DNA from: an uncultured Christensenella sp.
GTDB taxonomy: Bacteria > Bacillota > Clostridia > Christensenellales > UBA1242
Direction: 5' to 3'
NCBI GenBank assembly: GCA_964434145.1
Contig: CAYSUG010000001.1
Coordinates: 22,933-86,932 of the forward strand
DNA: 64,000 nt
Below are positions 1 to 7,695 of the stretch, piece after piece. The notes below the pieces were generated by a model. That model saw only the letters and a program-made list of their open reading frames with translations, searched no databases and was not told where the DNA came from. The translations under genes and the position numbers were made by a program. Position 1 is the stretch's first letter, and the number at the start of each line of letters is the position of its first letter.

Positions 1-328
1 ATTGTGCATATCTTACAATATCAAAATGGTCTTCTTTTGTAAAAGTGTATTCCTCTTCAGATTCTTTAGGGTCGCATTTCATCATAACTTTTTGAAAATT
101 GTCATTTTCTGAAAAATTTTTCCAATATTCCATAATAAAACTGGCTTCATTAATGGCTTTGTCTCTTTTAAACTGGAAAAACAATGCAATTGCTCCAATA
201 ACTGCTGTTGCTACTGTTATAACTTCAAGCACTCTATTCCCTATATATTCATCAAAAAGTAATGTTAAAAACAAACTACCAATAAGTAAACAAATGGAAA
301 GAGTGGTTAAAACTTTATTTTTTTTCAT
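1..328 (-). CDS. hypothetical membrane-anchored protein, N-terminal part (gene runs off the left edge)
   Basis: Own minus-strand reading: ATG at 328-326 follows an AAAGGAA RBS. It translates MKKNKVLTTLSICLLIGSLFLTLLFDEYIGNRVLEVITVATAVIGAIALFFQFKRDK..., with two hydrophobic helices, and stays open to position 1. That is why it is absent from the ORF track. It replaces the antisense 99..335 ORF. Confidence 0.5.
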   Translation of the reverse strand, partial: MKKNKVLTTLSICLLIGSLFLTLLFDEYIGNRVLEVITVATAVIGAIALFFQFKRDKAINEASFIMEYWKNFSENDNFQKVMMKCDPKESEEEYTFTKEDHFDIVRYAQ

Positions 329-505
329 AGTATAATTTCCTTTTTACTTCTCACTTAGTATAGGTTAACAAAATATAATCAATTTTAAAAGCAATAAATA
401 CTATTTTAATGCACTATATTTTTTATACTAACATTATATCACCTTTAAATCTATTCTACAAATAAAAAAGGCAACTATAATTTATAGCCACCTTAACATC
501 TGTTA

Positions 506-1456
506 TTATTCAATCTCTGCTTGTTGCGGTTCTTTGACTGCTTTTAAATGTTGGATTTGTTCATATGATATTTGCATATCTACGTTATTATCTTTAAATA
601 TTTTAGAAATATCGTTATCTGCTAGAAGCTGTTCTCTAATATCTGCATACTTATGGTCGTAATAATTATCATAATGAGGTTCGTCATGACAGACATAACT
701 TATACTCCTATGTGGAGATATTGTTCGTGTAAAATATGTAATCAATTCTCCAATACTTGTATGCTCATAAGCCTTTACAACTAATTCTTTATTATCAATA
801 ATTTGCTCTGGTGACAAACCTTTTAATGCACCAAAACCACAACCTTCAATAGCAGCATCTACCAAAGTAACATAATCTACTCTTGTATTTGGTAAATTAT
901 TTAATATTTCTAAACCAAACGTCTGGACTTGCTGAACAAATTTTTCTGTCGAAATAGCATTAATTACTTCTTTTTTATCAGTTCCTTTAGATATACTATA
1001 GCCAGGAAAAACTTTGTCTAATACTGATACAATGTTCTTTTCTGGGAAAGTACTTATAAATTTTTCTACAAACTCAGGATTTTTAAATTCAGATTTTAAT
1101 TTACCATACTCAAAATAATCAAAAATATACTTATCAACTGAATCTTTCAATTTTAGATATTCTAACAAAAAATCTGTGTCCTTTTTTTTCTCATCATTAG
1201 GCACAAACATCTTGGTCAGCTCTGGATTTGCTCTATACAACGACATCATGTAACTATTGTCCGCCAATTGTTCTTCTGTTAAACGCAATATATACAGTCT
1301 GTCTGCATTATTATCATCTGATACAAAATTTATAATTGCGGAATTAACCTCTTCTGGCGAAGCATCTGGATTAACTCCTAGCGCCTTATAAAATCTATTT
1401 TTATCTTTTAATTTCGACTTTTTATCAAAAAAATTTTTTATAAAACTCATAACCAT
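506..1456 (-). CDS. hypothetical protein (no recognisable domain)
   Basis: 316-aa ORF with AAAGGA RBS. The N-terminus FYKALGVNPDASPEEV resembles J-domain helix I, but there is no HPD motif. Confidence 0.6.
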   Translation of the reverse strand: MVMSFIKNFFDKKSKLKDKNRFYKALGVNPDASPEEVNSAIINFVSDDNNADRLYILRLTEEQLADNSYMMSLYRANPELTKMFVPNDEKKKDTDFLLEYLKLKDSVDKYIFDYFEYGKLKSEFKNPEFVEKFISTFPEKNIVSVLDKVFPGYSISKGTDKKEVINAISTEKFVQQVQTFGLEILNNLPNTRVDYVTLVDAAIEGCGFGALKGLSPEQIIDNKELVVKAYEHTSIGELITYFTRTISPHRSISYVCHDEPHYDNYYDHKYADIREQLLADNDISKIFKDNNVDMQISYEQIQHLKAVKEPQQAEIE

Positions 1457-1651
1457 AATATCCTTTAAAGTTTTTAAAATAATACGCCAATATTATATAT
1501 CAGAATTTTAAAATGTCAAGACCTATTTTTAGTGACTTATTTCAGAATGATGAACTACAAAAAAATTGTGTATTGCATTATTATTTGTTTTATGATAACA
1601 TACTTATTAATACGAGATGCTAAAATACTATCATAATATGGAGAAATATAA

Positions 1652-2227
1652 ATGAATAATTTTGAAATAAGTATAAGAGACCTAATTGACTTTGAAGATG
1701 GTAAACATTTCAATGAGGATAAAATAAGAGCTGGAAAATATAAATTTATAAGAGATTTAGAAGACCAAAGTTTAGACATCCCAGTACATCTTACAGATGT
1801 TTATAATATAGCAGAAACAATCCACTTTCATTATTTCGATAGAGAATTATATGATAACGACAATTTTTGTGTTGGACTAACAAGTTTTGGTCGCCAACAA
1901 AACTGCACCCAAATAGACCCTTTTCTCTATGAAAAAGATATAGAATGGATACAATTCTTATTTTCTAGATATGGGGAAAAGTACGCTATAGCAAGTAGAC
2001 CATTAATCGAAGCTAAAATGAAACAAGCAAAAAACTACTTAAATCATATTAATTCTACTTTTGATACTTGTCACGAATACGACGAAAATGCATATAACTA
2101 CATATTTAGTAAGCAATATTATGAAAAAGAAATAAATAAATGCAACCATAAAATATCTATTTACTCTGAAATTTTATCAAGTATAGCCCAATCTTCAAAT
2201 CAAGAAGATGAAATGACAACTGTTTAG
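1652..2227 (+). CDS. hypothetical protein
   Basis: 191-aa ORF with a GGAGA RBS 7 nt upstream, followed by a hairpin terminator. No family recognised. Confidence 0.6.
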   Translation: MNNFEISIRDLIDFEDGKHFNEDKIRAGKYKFIRDLEDQSLDIPVHLTDVYNIAETIHFHYFDRELYDNDNFCVGLTSFGRQQNCTQIDPFLYEKDIEWIQFLFSRYGEKYAIASRPLIEAKMKQAKNYLNHINSTFDTCHEYDENAYNYIFSKQYYEKEINKCNHKISIYSEILSSIAQSSNQEDEMTTV

Positions 2228-2229
2228 TT

Positions 2230-2260
2230 AAAATCACCACTATATTGGTGATTTTTTATT
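2230..2260 (+). terminator. Rho-independent terminator
   Basis: AAATCACCA-n6-TGGTGATTT hairpin followed by a T-run. Confidence 0.7.
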
Positions 2261-2370
2261 TTAGAAAATTTTCATAGAGTTTATTGTTAATAAAAAAGCA
2301 GATAGCATATTGACAATTTGACAACCCATATTGTATAATCATGTTACAATTATATAGGAGTACCCATAGT

Positions 2371-3138
2371 ATGAACATCGTTAAAGCATTAGAGTCATTA
2401 GGAAAAAAAGTTAATAAATACAACACTTTAAGTAAGGAATATGCAGATTTAGAAGATAAGCATAGCAGCGAAGTAAAGAGAGTTAAAGTGATGTATAGTG
2501 CAAAAAAACGTGGAGAACTTGTTAGACACTTACTAGCCATGAAAAATATTGCCACAGAAGAAAAAGCGGCAATAGACAATATTCCTGAAAACAGCATTAA
2601 TTATGCTGAATTAAGAGATGCATACCAAGATGAAAAGTATTTCAGAAAAAAATTATTAGAAAATTTCATAATTGACCACAATTTAATGTGTCAATTACTA
2701 GAAAAGGAAACCAACTTGGCATGGACATTTAAAGAGATATGTGGTCGTCATCCATCTGATCCAGTATATAGATATGCTTATGCACATGGAATTGTTTTAG
2801 TTAATGAAAAAAAGCCAGAGTTCTATGTAGAAGGTAAAATATATTACAATGAATATCTGAAAAAATCCGAAAATATAATCCCATGCTGTTTAGGCTTAAC
2901 ATATCCACAAAGTTTTAGTGACGAATGTCAAATAGAGGCAAATAATTATAACTGGCTAGACTTTTATCTTCATAGTGTAGGTTTAGTGCCAGAATATGAG
3001 AATGAAGAAGAAACCAAAAAAGCTTTGCCAAAATGTGGAATATTTGAAGATGTTATAAAAGATGCGATAGCAAAACATATTCAATCTTTCTCACCTAGTA
3101 GCTTATCAGAAAATGATATAGAAGAACCTCAGGCGTAA
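2371..3138 (+). CDS. hypothetical protein
   Basis: The ORF opens at 2341. The ATG at 2371 (MNIVKALESLG...) has an AGGAG RBS about 10 nt upstream. No family recognised. Confidence 0.6.
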   Translation: MNIVKALESLGKKVNKYNTLSKEYADLEDKHSSEVKRVKVMYSAKKRGELVRHLLAMKNIATEEKAAIDNIPENSINYAELRDAYQDEKYFRKKLLENFIIDHNLMCQLLEKETNLAWTFKEICGRHPSDPVYRYAYAHGIVLVNEKKPEFYVEGKIYYNEYLKKSENIIPCCLGLTYPQSFSDECQIEANNYNWLDFYLHSVGLVPEYENEEETKKALPKCGIFEDVIKDAIAKHIQSFSPSSLSENDIEEPQA

Positions 3139-3230
3139 TATAAATACATATTACCAAAAGAAACAATTCGCACTTTGGGAGCGATGTCTAATTGGAGCGT
3201 ATGCGACAAATATAATTTGGCGACAGCCAC

Positions 3231-3327
3231 TATGTAATTTACTGAATATTATGCATAACGACTATCATCGCATTACATATCAACCTATGGTGGAATTACA
3301 TAACAACTTCGTTGTATTACATATCAA
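3231..3327. repeat. iteron-like array: three direct 12-mers ATTACATA(T/A)CAA plus one inverted copy
   Basis: Direct copies at 3272-3283, 3295-3306 and 3316-3327 (spacing 23 and 21 nt). An inverted core TATGTAAT sits at 3231-3238. Short hairpins lie between the copies. Confidence 0.5.
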
Positions 3328-3344
3328 TTTGACAAGCAAATTGA

Positions 3345-3383
3345 ATAAAAAAATCTCAAGTTAAACAACTCGAGATTTTTTTT
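3345..3383 (+). terminator. Rho-independent terminator
   Basis: AAAAATCTCAAGTT / AACTCGAGATTTTT hairpin with one mismatch, then a T-run. Confidence 0.7.
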
Positions 3384-3438
3384 GGTGCACCGTATGAAAA
3401 TAAACTTGAACCAGATTTTACAGAAATTATATAATAAT

Positions 3439-3476
3439 TAAAAAAATATTAGGAAGAAATAAACTTCCTAATATTT
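3439..3476 (-). terminator. Rho-independent terminator of the LRR lipoprotein gene
   Basis: AATATTAGGAAG-n7-CTTCCTAATATT hairpin with a T-run on the minus strand. Confidence 0.7.
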
Positions 3477-3484
3477 AAACACTT

Positions 3485-4924
3485 TTATTCTTCTATAGGT
3501 TCAAATTTGATTGTAATAGTTCCATCTAATAATTTAGTGTTAGACTCGTCGATATCTATAGATTCCCACTCTTCTTGAGTTCCTTTAAAGATAATTTCGG
3601 TTAATGAGTGTAAATTGCTTAATGCAGCCATTCCTATACTTGTCACACTATTTGGAATTGTTATTTTTTCAAGGTTCTCACAACTAGAAAATGCACGTTC
3701 TCCAATACTTAATACTCCATTAGACAATATTATACTTTCTAAATCCTTACAACAACTAAAAGCATACTCTCCAATATAATCAATATCTATCGCGATTATA
3801 TCACTATTTTTGCACGCAAGAATTAAAGTTTTTGTTTCTTTCTCTACTATTACATTATAGCAGATATCGTTACCAAATACCCCTTTTCTACAATCGGTAT
3901 ATATAGCATTTAATTGAGAGACTTCTATACTCTCCAAATTATAGCAGTTTTCAAAAGCATTACTCTTAATATCTACTACACTACTAGGTATATATATACT
4001 TTTCAAGCTTACACAATCTCTAAAAGCTAGATTACCAATTATTTCTACACTATTAGGAATATATATATTTACCAAACTACTACAATCGCTAAAGGCTGAA
4101 TTCCCAATTTCCTTCACAGTATTTGGAATATTTATACTTTTTAAAGATGTACATTGATAAAAGGCTCGATACCCAATTTTATTTATACCATAATTTAATT
4201 TTACACTTTCTAATGCAGTACAGAATTGAAAAGCAGAATCATATATTTCGGTTACCCTTGTTGGTAACTCAACACAATCCAATGTCTTATTTGTTAGTTC
4301 TTTGAATATAGTTCCTTCCAACACATAATCATCTGTCCATTTTGCATACAAGCATATAGTCTTGTTATCTTGAATATCTTCTGAACAAACACCATTGAAT
4401 ACTTCAGTATACGTCTCATCAGTATACCAATCTACAAATGAGTAACCAGACTTGGTCGGAATTGCTAAATCTAGCATATTAGAATTATCTAAATATTTAA
4501 CATTTGTATTTTCAACTGGATTAACACCACCATCAAGGTGATAACATAGATTTACAGCAATTTTATTTTCCTGTTTTACAGCAGAAACCTCTATCAGATT
4601 CTTCCATTCATCACTATTGTCTTCTGTTTTATATCTCCACTGAATATGTGTATCTGTTGTTTGGAATTCTACCTCTCTTCCATCCACACTAGGATTACCT
4701 GGATCACCTTTATAACCATCTCCAAGCAAAGTTTTCAACTCGTTAATACTAATAACATTATTCCACTCATCGCTACCTTCTACTTGCCATTGGAAGTAGT
4801 TGTCGGCAAATCTAACATTAATATCATCCTCCTTATCACAACCAACTAGTCCAAAGGGCATTGCAAGTGCGCAAAGTCCCATTGCTGTACCTGCTAAAAA
4901 TTTTTTTAATCTTCCTTTTTTCAT
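3485..4924 (-). CDS. surface lipoprotein with BspA-type leucine-rich repeats and a Listeria-Bacteroides (Flg_new-like) repeat
   Basis: Signal peptide with lipobox LVGC. Repeated ~23-aa units (IPNSV..IG..AF..C.SL) are typical of LRR_5/BspA. The segment GYSFVDWYTDETYTEVF is typical of the Flg_new repeat. Confidence 0.75.
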   Translation of the reverse strand: MKKGRLKKFLAGTAMGLCALAMPFGLVGCDKEDDINVRFADNYFQWQVEGSDEWNNVISINELKTLLGDGYKGDPGNPSVDGREVEFQTTDTHIQWRYKTEDNSDEWKNLIEVSAVKQENKIAVNLCYHLDGGVNPVENTNVKYLDNSNMLDLAIPTKSGYSFVDWYTDETYTEVFNGVCSEDIQDNKTICLYAKWTDDYVLEGTIFKELTNKTLDCVELPTRVTEIYDSAFQFCTALESVKLNYGINKIGYRAFYQCTSLKSINIPNTVKEIGNSAFSDCSSLVNIYIPNSVEIIGNLAFRDCVSLKSIYIPSSVVDIKSNAFENCYNLESIEVSQLNAIYTDCRKGVFGNDICYNVIVEKETKTLILACKNSDIIAIDIDYIGEYAFSCCKDLESIILSNGVLSIGERAFSSCENLEKITIPNSVTSIGMAALSNLHSLTEIIFKGTQEEWESIDIDESNTKLLDGTITIKFEPIEE

Positions 4925-5018
4925 TATTTTCTCCTTTTTGTATAAATTTTATTTTATTATACATCATAAAGTGATGTATGTCAACTATTTTACATCAGTT
5001 TGTGGTATATAATAACAT

Positions 5019-5231
5019 ATGGATATTGCAAAAATTGTTGGAGATAATATTAAAACAGCAAGAAAAATAAAAGGACTAACTCAAAGCGAGGTAGCCAAAG
5101 TTTTTCGAATGACACAACAACAATATAGCAGATTTGAAAATGGTGTTTTTGAACTTAATTATCAGCAAATATGCGATATTTGCAAATTTTTAGATACAAC
5201 ACCAAATGAATTATTTAATTTTGATATATAA
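5019..5231 (+). CDS. XRE-family helix-turn-helix transcriptional regulator
   Basis: 70 aa. The segment IKTARKIKGLTQSEVAKVFRMTQQQYSRFENG is a canonical HTH_3 pattern. Confidence 0.8.
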   Translation: MDIAKIVGDNIKTARKIKGLTQSEVAKVFRMTQQQYSRFENGVFELNYQQICDICKFLDTTPNELFNFDI

Positions 5232-5349
5232 AATTAAATAAAATCCGATATATTACAAAAAATACTTTTAACTCTTCACTTTTAGTTTTTCACTTAAAAA
5301 ATAATCCAAACTTTTAGTGAAGATTGAAAAATAAAAGTTAAAAGTACAA

Positions 5350-5389
5350 ACAAAACAATCCCTATCTTACGATAAGGATTGTTTTTGTT
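5350..5389. terminator. bidirectional Rho-independent terminator
   Basis: ACAATCCCTATC-TTAC-GATAAGGATTGT hairpin flanked by an A-run and a T-run. On the minus strand it directly follows the tRNA-Leu 3'-end fragment. Confidence 0.7.
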
Positions 5390-5407
5390 TGGTGCGGATG
5401 AGAGGAC
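5390..5407 (-). repeat. 18-nt direct repeat of the tRNA-Leu 3' end (att-like fragment)
   Basis: TGGTGCGGATGAGAGGAC at 5390-5407 is identical to 5575-5592, the 3' end of the intact tRNA-Leu. Confidence 0.85.
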
Positions 5408-5540
5408 AGTGTCTATTGGACAATAGTCCAATACTTCGGGTGGCACGCAGTGACGGGGTCCCGAATACAAGTGAAAGGCTTTTGCGTATACGCAAAAAGA
5501 GTTCTTAGTAATAAGAACTCTTACTCATCTAGCCAAAACG
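5408..5540 (-). ncRNA. unclassified conserved multi-hairpin module, copy 1 (tRNA-linked)
   Basis: It shares the blocks TGCGTATACGCA (5483-5494) and GAATACAAGTGAAA (5463-5476) with copy 2 at 59.9 kb. The stems flanking these blocks differ in sequence between copies but keep their pairing. Strand and RNA status are inferred. Confidence 0.4.
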
Positions 5541-5566
5541 AAAAAAGCCTCGGCATTGCCGGGCTT
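5541..5566 (-). terminator. terminator directly after tRNA-Leu
   Basis: Minus-strand GCCCGGCAATGCCGAGGC hairpin followed by TTTTTT. Confidence 0.6.
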
Positions 5567-5574
5567 ACTGTCGT

Positions 5575-5657
5575 TGGTGCGGATGAGAGGACTTGAACCC
5601 CCACTCTTTCGAACTAGATCCTAAGTCTAGCGCGTCTGCCAATTTCGCCACATCCGC
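5575..5657 (-). tRNA. tRNA-Leu (anticodon TAG)
   Basis: Hand-folded: GCGGATG acceptor, long variable arm, anticodon loop CTTAGGA, GGTTCAAGTCC T-arm, encoded CCA. Confidence 0.9.
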
Positions 5658-5660
5658 ATT

Positions 5661-5736
5661 TGGTGACCCATCCGCGATTCGAACGCGGGACACCATGATT
5701 AAAAGTCATGTGCTCTACCAGCTGAGCTAATGGATC
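5661..5736 (-). tRNA. tRNA-Lys (anticodon TTT)
   Basis: Hand-folded: GATCCAT/ATGGGTC acceptor, TAGCTCAGCTGGTAGAGCA D-arm, anticodon loop CTTTTAA, encoded CCA. Confidence 0.9.
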
Positions 5737-5741
5737 GCATT

Positions 5742-5816
5742 TGGCTGGGATGGCAGGATTTGAACCTACGAATGCGAGAGTCAAAGTCTCGTGCCTTACC
5801 GCTTGGCTACACCCCA
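5742..5816 (-). tRNA. tRNA-Gln (anticodon TTG)
   Basis: Hand-folded: TGGGGTG/CATCCCA acceptor, anticodon loop CTTTGAC, encoded CCA. Confidence 0.9.
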
Positions 5817-5905
5817 ATATTCGGTCTATCCTGACAACAATGACATTATACTACAGCAAAACTGTATTGTCAATAGAACTCAATTACTTTTTCAAAAAAA
5901 TAGTG

Positions 5906-5982
5906 TGGGGTGAATAGTGGGACTCGAACCCACGACTTCCAGAGCCACAATCTGGCGCTCTACCAGCTGAACTATATCCACC
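5906..5982 (-). tRNA. tRNA-His (anticodon GTG)
   Basis: Hand-folded: extra 5' G(-1), anticodon stem CCAGA/TCTGG with loop TTGTGGC, encoded CCA. Confidence 0.9.
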
Positions 5983-5998
5983 ATATTTTTTAAAAAAA

Positions 5999-6075
5999 TG
6001 GTGTGCCAGAAGGGATTCGAACCCCTGACCCTCGCCTTAGAAGGGCGATGCTCTATCCAGCTGAGCTACTGGCAC
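5999..6075 (-). tRNA. tRNA-Arg (anticodon TCT)
   Basis: Hand-folded: GTGCCAG/CTGGCAC acceptor, anticodon loop CTTCTAA, encoded CCA. Confidence 0.9.
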
Positions 6076-6094
6076 AAAATAAATACTTTTTGAA

Positions 6095-6168
6095 TGGAGC
6101 GGGTGATGGGAATCGAACCCACGCAGCCAGCTTGGAAGGCTGGAGTACTACCATTGTACTACACCCGC
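6095..6168 (-). tRNA. tRNA-Gly (anticodon TCC)
   Basis: Hand-folded: GCGGGTG/CACCCGC acceptor, anticodon loop CTTCCAA, encoded CCA. Confidence 0.9.
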
Positions 6169-6199
6169 AAAAATATGTTTGTATTCAAAAAGCATCATA

Positions 6200-6229
6200 A
6201 TAATAACAAATCTACTCCCCCATTGTCAA
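6200..6229 (-). promoter_or_regulatory. putative sigma-A promoter of the tRNA operon
   Basis: Minus strand reads TTGACA-18 nt-TATTAT, about 30 nt upstream of tRNA-Gly. Confidence 0.45.
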
Positions 6230-6267
6230 CAATTTTTGGAATATTTTTATTTTTTTATTTGTTTATT

Positions 6268-6304
6268 TAAAAAAAATAGGATATATAGCAGCTACATATC
6301 CTAT
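6268..6304 (-). terminator. Rho-independent terminator
   Basis: AATAGGATATGTAGCTGCTATATATCCTATT hairpin plus a T-run on the minus strand. Confidence 0.7.
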
Positions 6305-6308
6305 TCTA

Positions 6309-6779
6309 TTACAAACTAATATATTCGTGCTGTATCGTATCGCCATCAATTACGAGCTTAAGACAGACATCATTCTTTAGCGAGCCGGGGTTAAAATAAT
6401 GTACGCCATCCACAACCTCATGATATCTACTATGCGTGTGTCCAAATAACACAACATCTACCCCTATCATATTGGCATACTTCTGCAGTGACAGCATAGT
6501 CCTCTTTACCTCAAAGGTATTGCCATGAGTCACTAAGATATGCTTGCCAGCGACATTTATTACCTTTTCATAAGAAATACTGCTAAAAAAGTCGCAATTA
6601 CCCCTAACTGCGGTGACATTGGGTAAATTATCATACACGCCTAAATCGGTCAATCCATCGCCCAAATATACAAAGTGGTCGAAAGTAAAGTTATCAAAAA
6701 TTTTCTCAACATTATGTTTTGCTCCATGAGAATCGGATGCTACTATTATTGTGGCTTTATTACTCTTTGTTTGCATCAT
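6309..6779 (-). CDS. YfcE/MJ0936-family metallophosphoesterase (phosphodiesterase)
   Basis: Motifs DSHG, GDG, GNCD, THGN and GHTH appear in order. The start was moved to an internal Met (MMQTKSNKATIIV) to limit overlap with plsY. Confidence 0.75.
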   Translation of the reverse strand: MMQTKSNKATIIVASDSHGAKHNVEKIFDNFTFDHFVYLGDGLTDLGVYDNLPNVTAVRGNCDFFSSISYEKVINVAGKHILVTHGNTFEVKRTMLSLQKYANMIGVDVVLFGHTHSRYHEVVDGVHYFNPGSLKNDVCLKLVIDGDTIQHEYISL

Positions 6780-7695
6780 CGTTCTCTTTTGCTGCAATTC
6801 TTTCATTACGTTTGTCTATTCTTTCTTGCATATCTTCTATTATCTTATTAGACTCTGCCTTGATCTCTTGCATTCTTAGATTATAGTGTTGTTGTAATTT
6901 GATACGCTTTCTAGCCACCTTCTTAATAGATTTGGCTTGCTTAGACTTAATAGCCTGTTGTTTTTTCTCTAATTTTTCATCGTAATGTTCTTTTAATTCT
7001 TCTTCCTTTTCTTTCAAATCATCCAATTTTTCAAGTTTCTTATCTTCTACGCGTTCTAGGTCTTTCTTCACGCTCTCCTTGAAAGAGATTAAACGCTCTT
7101 CGTTGGCAAATAATCTAATAAAGTTAGTCCTATGTGCCACGACATCTATGACTACAGTGAACCACATCAGAATCATAGCAACAAAATTATATTGGATACC
7201 AGAAATAAATGTATGAATTATTGCAAAAATTATGATAAAAAACATACTAGCAAGGCTACCAATCTTAACCAAAAGGAAAAACACCAAGTCTACTAGCAAA
7301 ATCACCAAAGCCAGCAGCGGATTGGCAACTATGAACATACCTACGGTACAAGCTATTCCCTTGCCGCCACGAAAATCGTAGAAAACTGGATACATATGAC
7401 CAATAACAGCAGCAAAACCGCCCACAAATAGAGCAATTGTAGACATATATTCATCACCAGGAAATAACAAAAACCTACCAATAAGTGATGGAATCGCAGC
7501 TTTCAATGCGTCAAATACCAGTGTAACGACACCCATCTTTAACCCATAATTTCGCAGCATATTCATTGTGCCAGGGTTGCCACTACCTTCCTTGGTTATA
7601 TCCTTTTTCTTTTTTGCTGTAATCAATCTAGAAATACTAATATTGCCTAAGAAATATCCAATGATTACAAGTGCCGTCAATTTAATTATTTCCAT
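6760..7695 (-). CDS. plsY: glycerol-3-phosphate acyltransferase PlsY with a ~105-aa K/E-rich C-terminal extension
   Basis: N-terminal ~205 aa are polytopic with the SGNPG(T)MN motif and an HRTNFIRL end, typical of PlsY. A coiled-coil-like tail follows. Confidence 0.8.
   Translation of the reverse strand: MEIIKLTALVIIGYFLGNISISRLITAKKKKDITKEGSGNPGTMNMLRNYGLKMGVVTLVFDALKAAIPSLIGRFLLFPGDEYMSTIALFVGGFAAVIGHMYPVFYDFRGGKGIACTVGMFIVANPLLALVILLVDLVFFLLVKIGSLASMFFIIIFAIIHTFISGIQYNFVAMILMWFTVVIDVVAHRTNFIRLFANEERLISFKESVKKDLERVEDKKLEKLDDLKEKEEELKEHYDEKLEKKQQAIKSKQAKSIKKVARKRIKLQQHYNLRMQEIKAESNKIIEDMQERIDKRNERIAAKENDDANKE

Noticed and set aside
99-335. 78-aa plus-strand ORF from the track
   Set aside because: It is antisense to a better minus-strand gene (ATG 328, RBS, TM helices) that runs off the window. 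The plus ORF has no RBS and a low-complexity translation.
5614-6200. Track ORFs 5614..5817 (-) and 6003..6200 (+)
   Set aside because: They lie entirely over the tRNA-Leu/Lys/Gln and tRNA-Arg/Gly genes, so they are translation artefacts of structured RNA genes.
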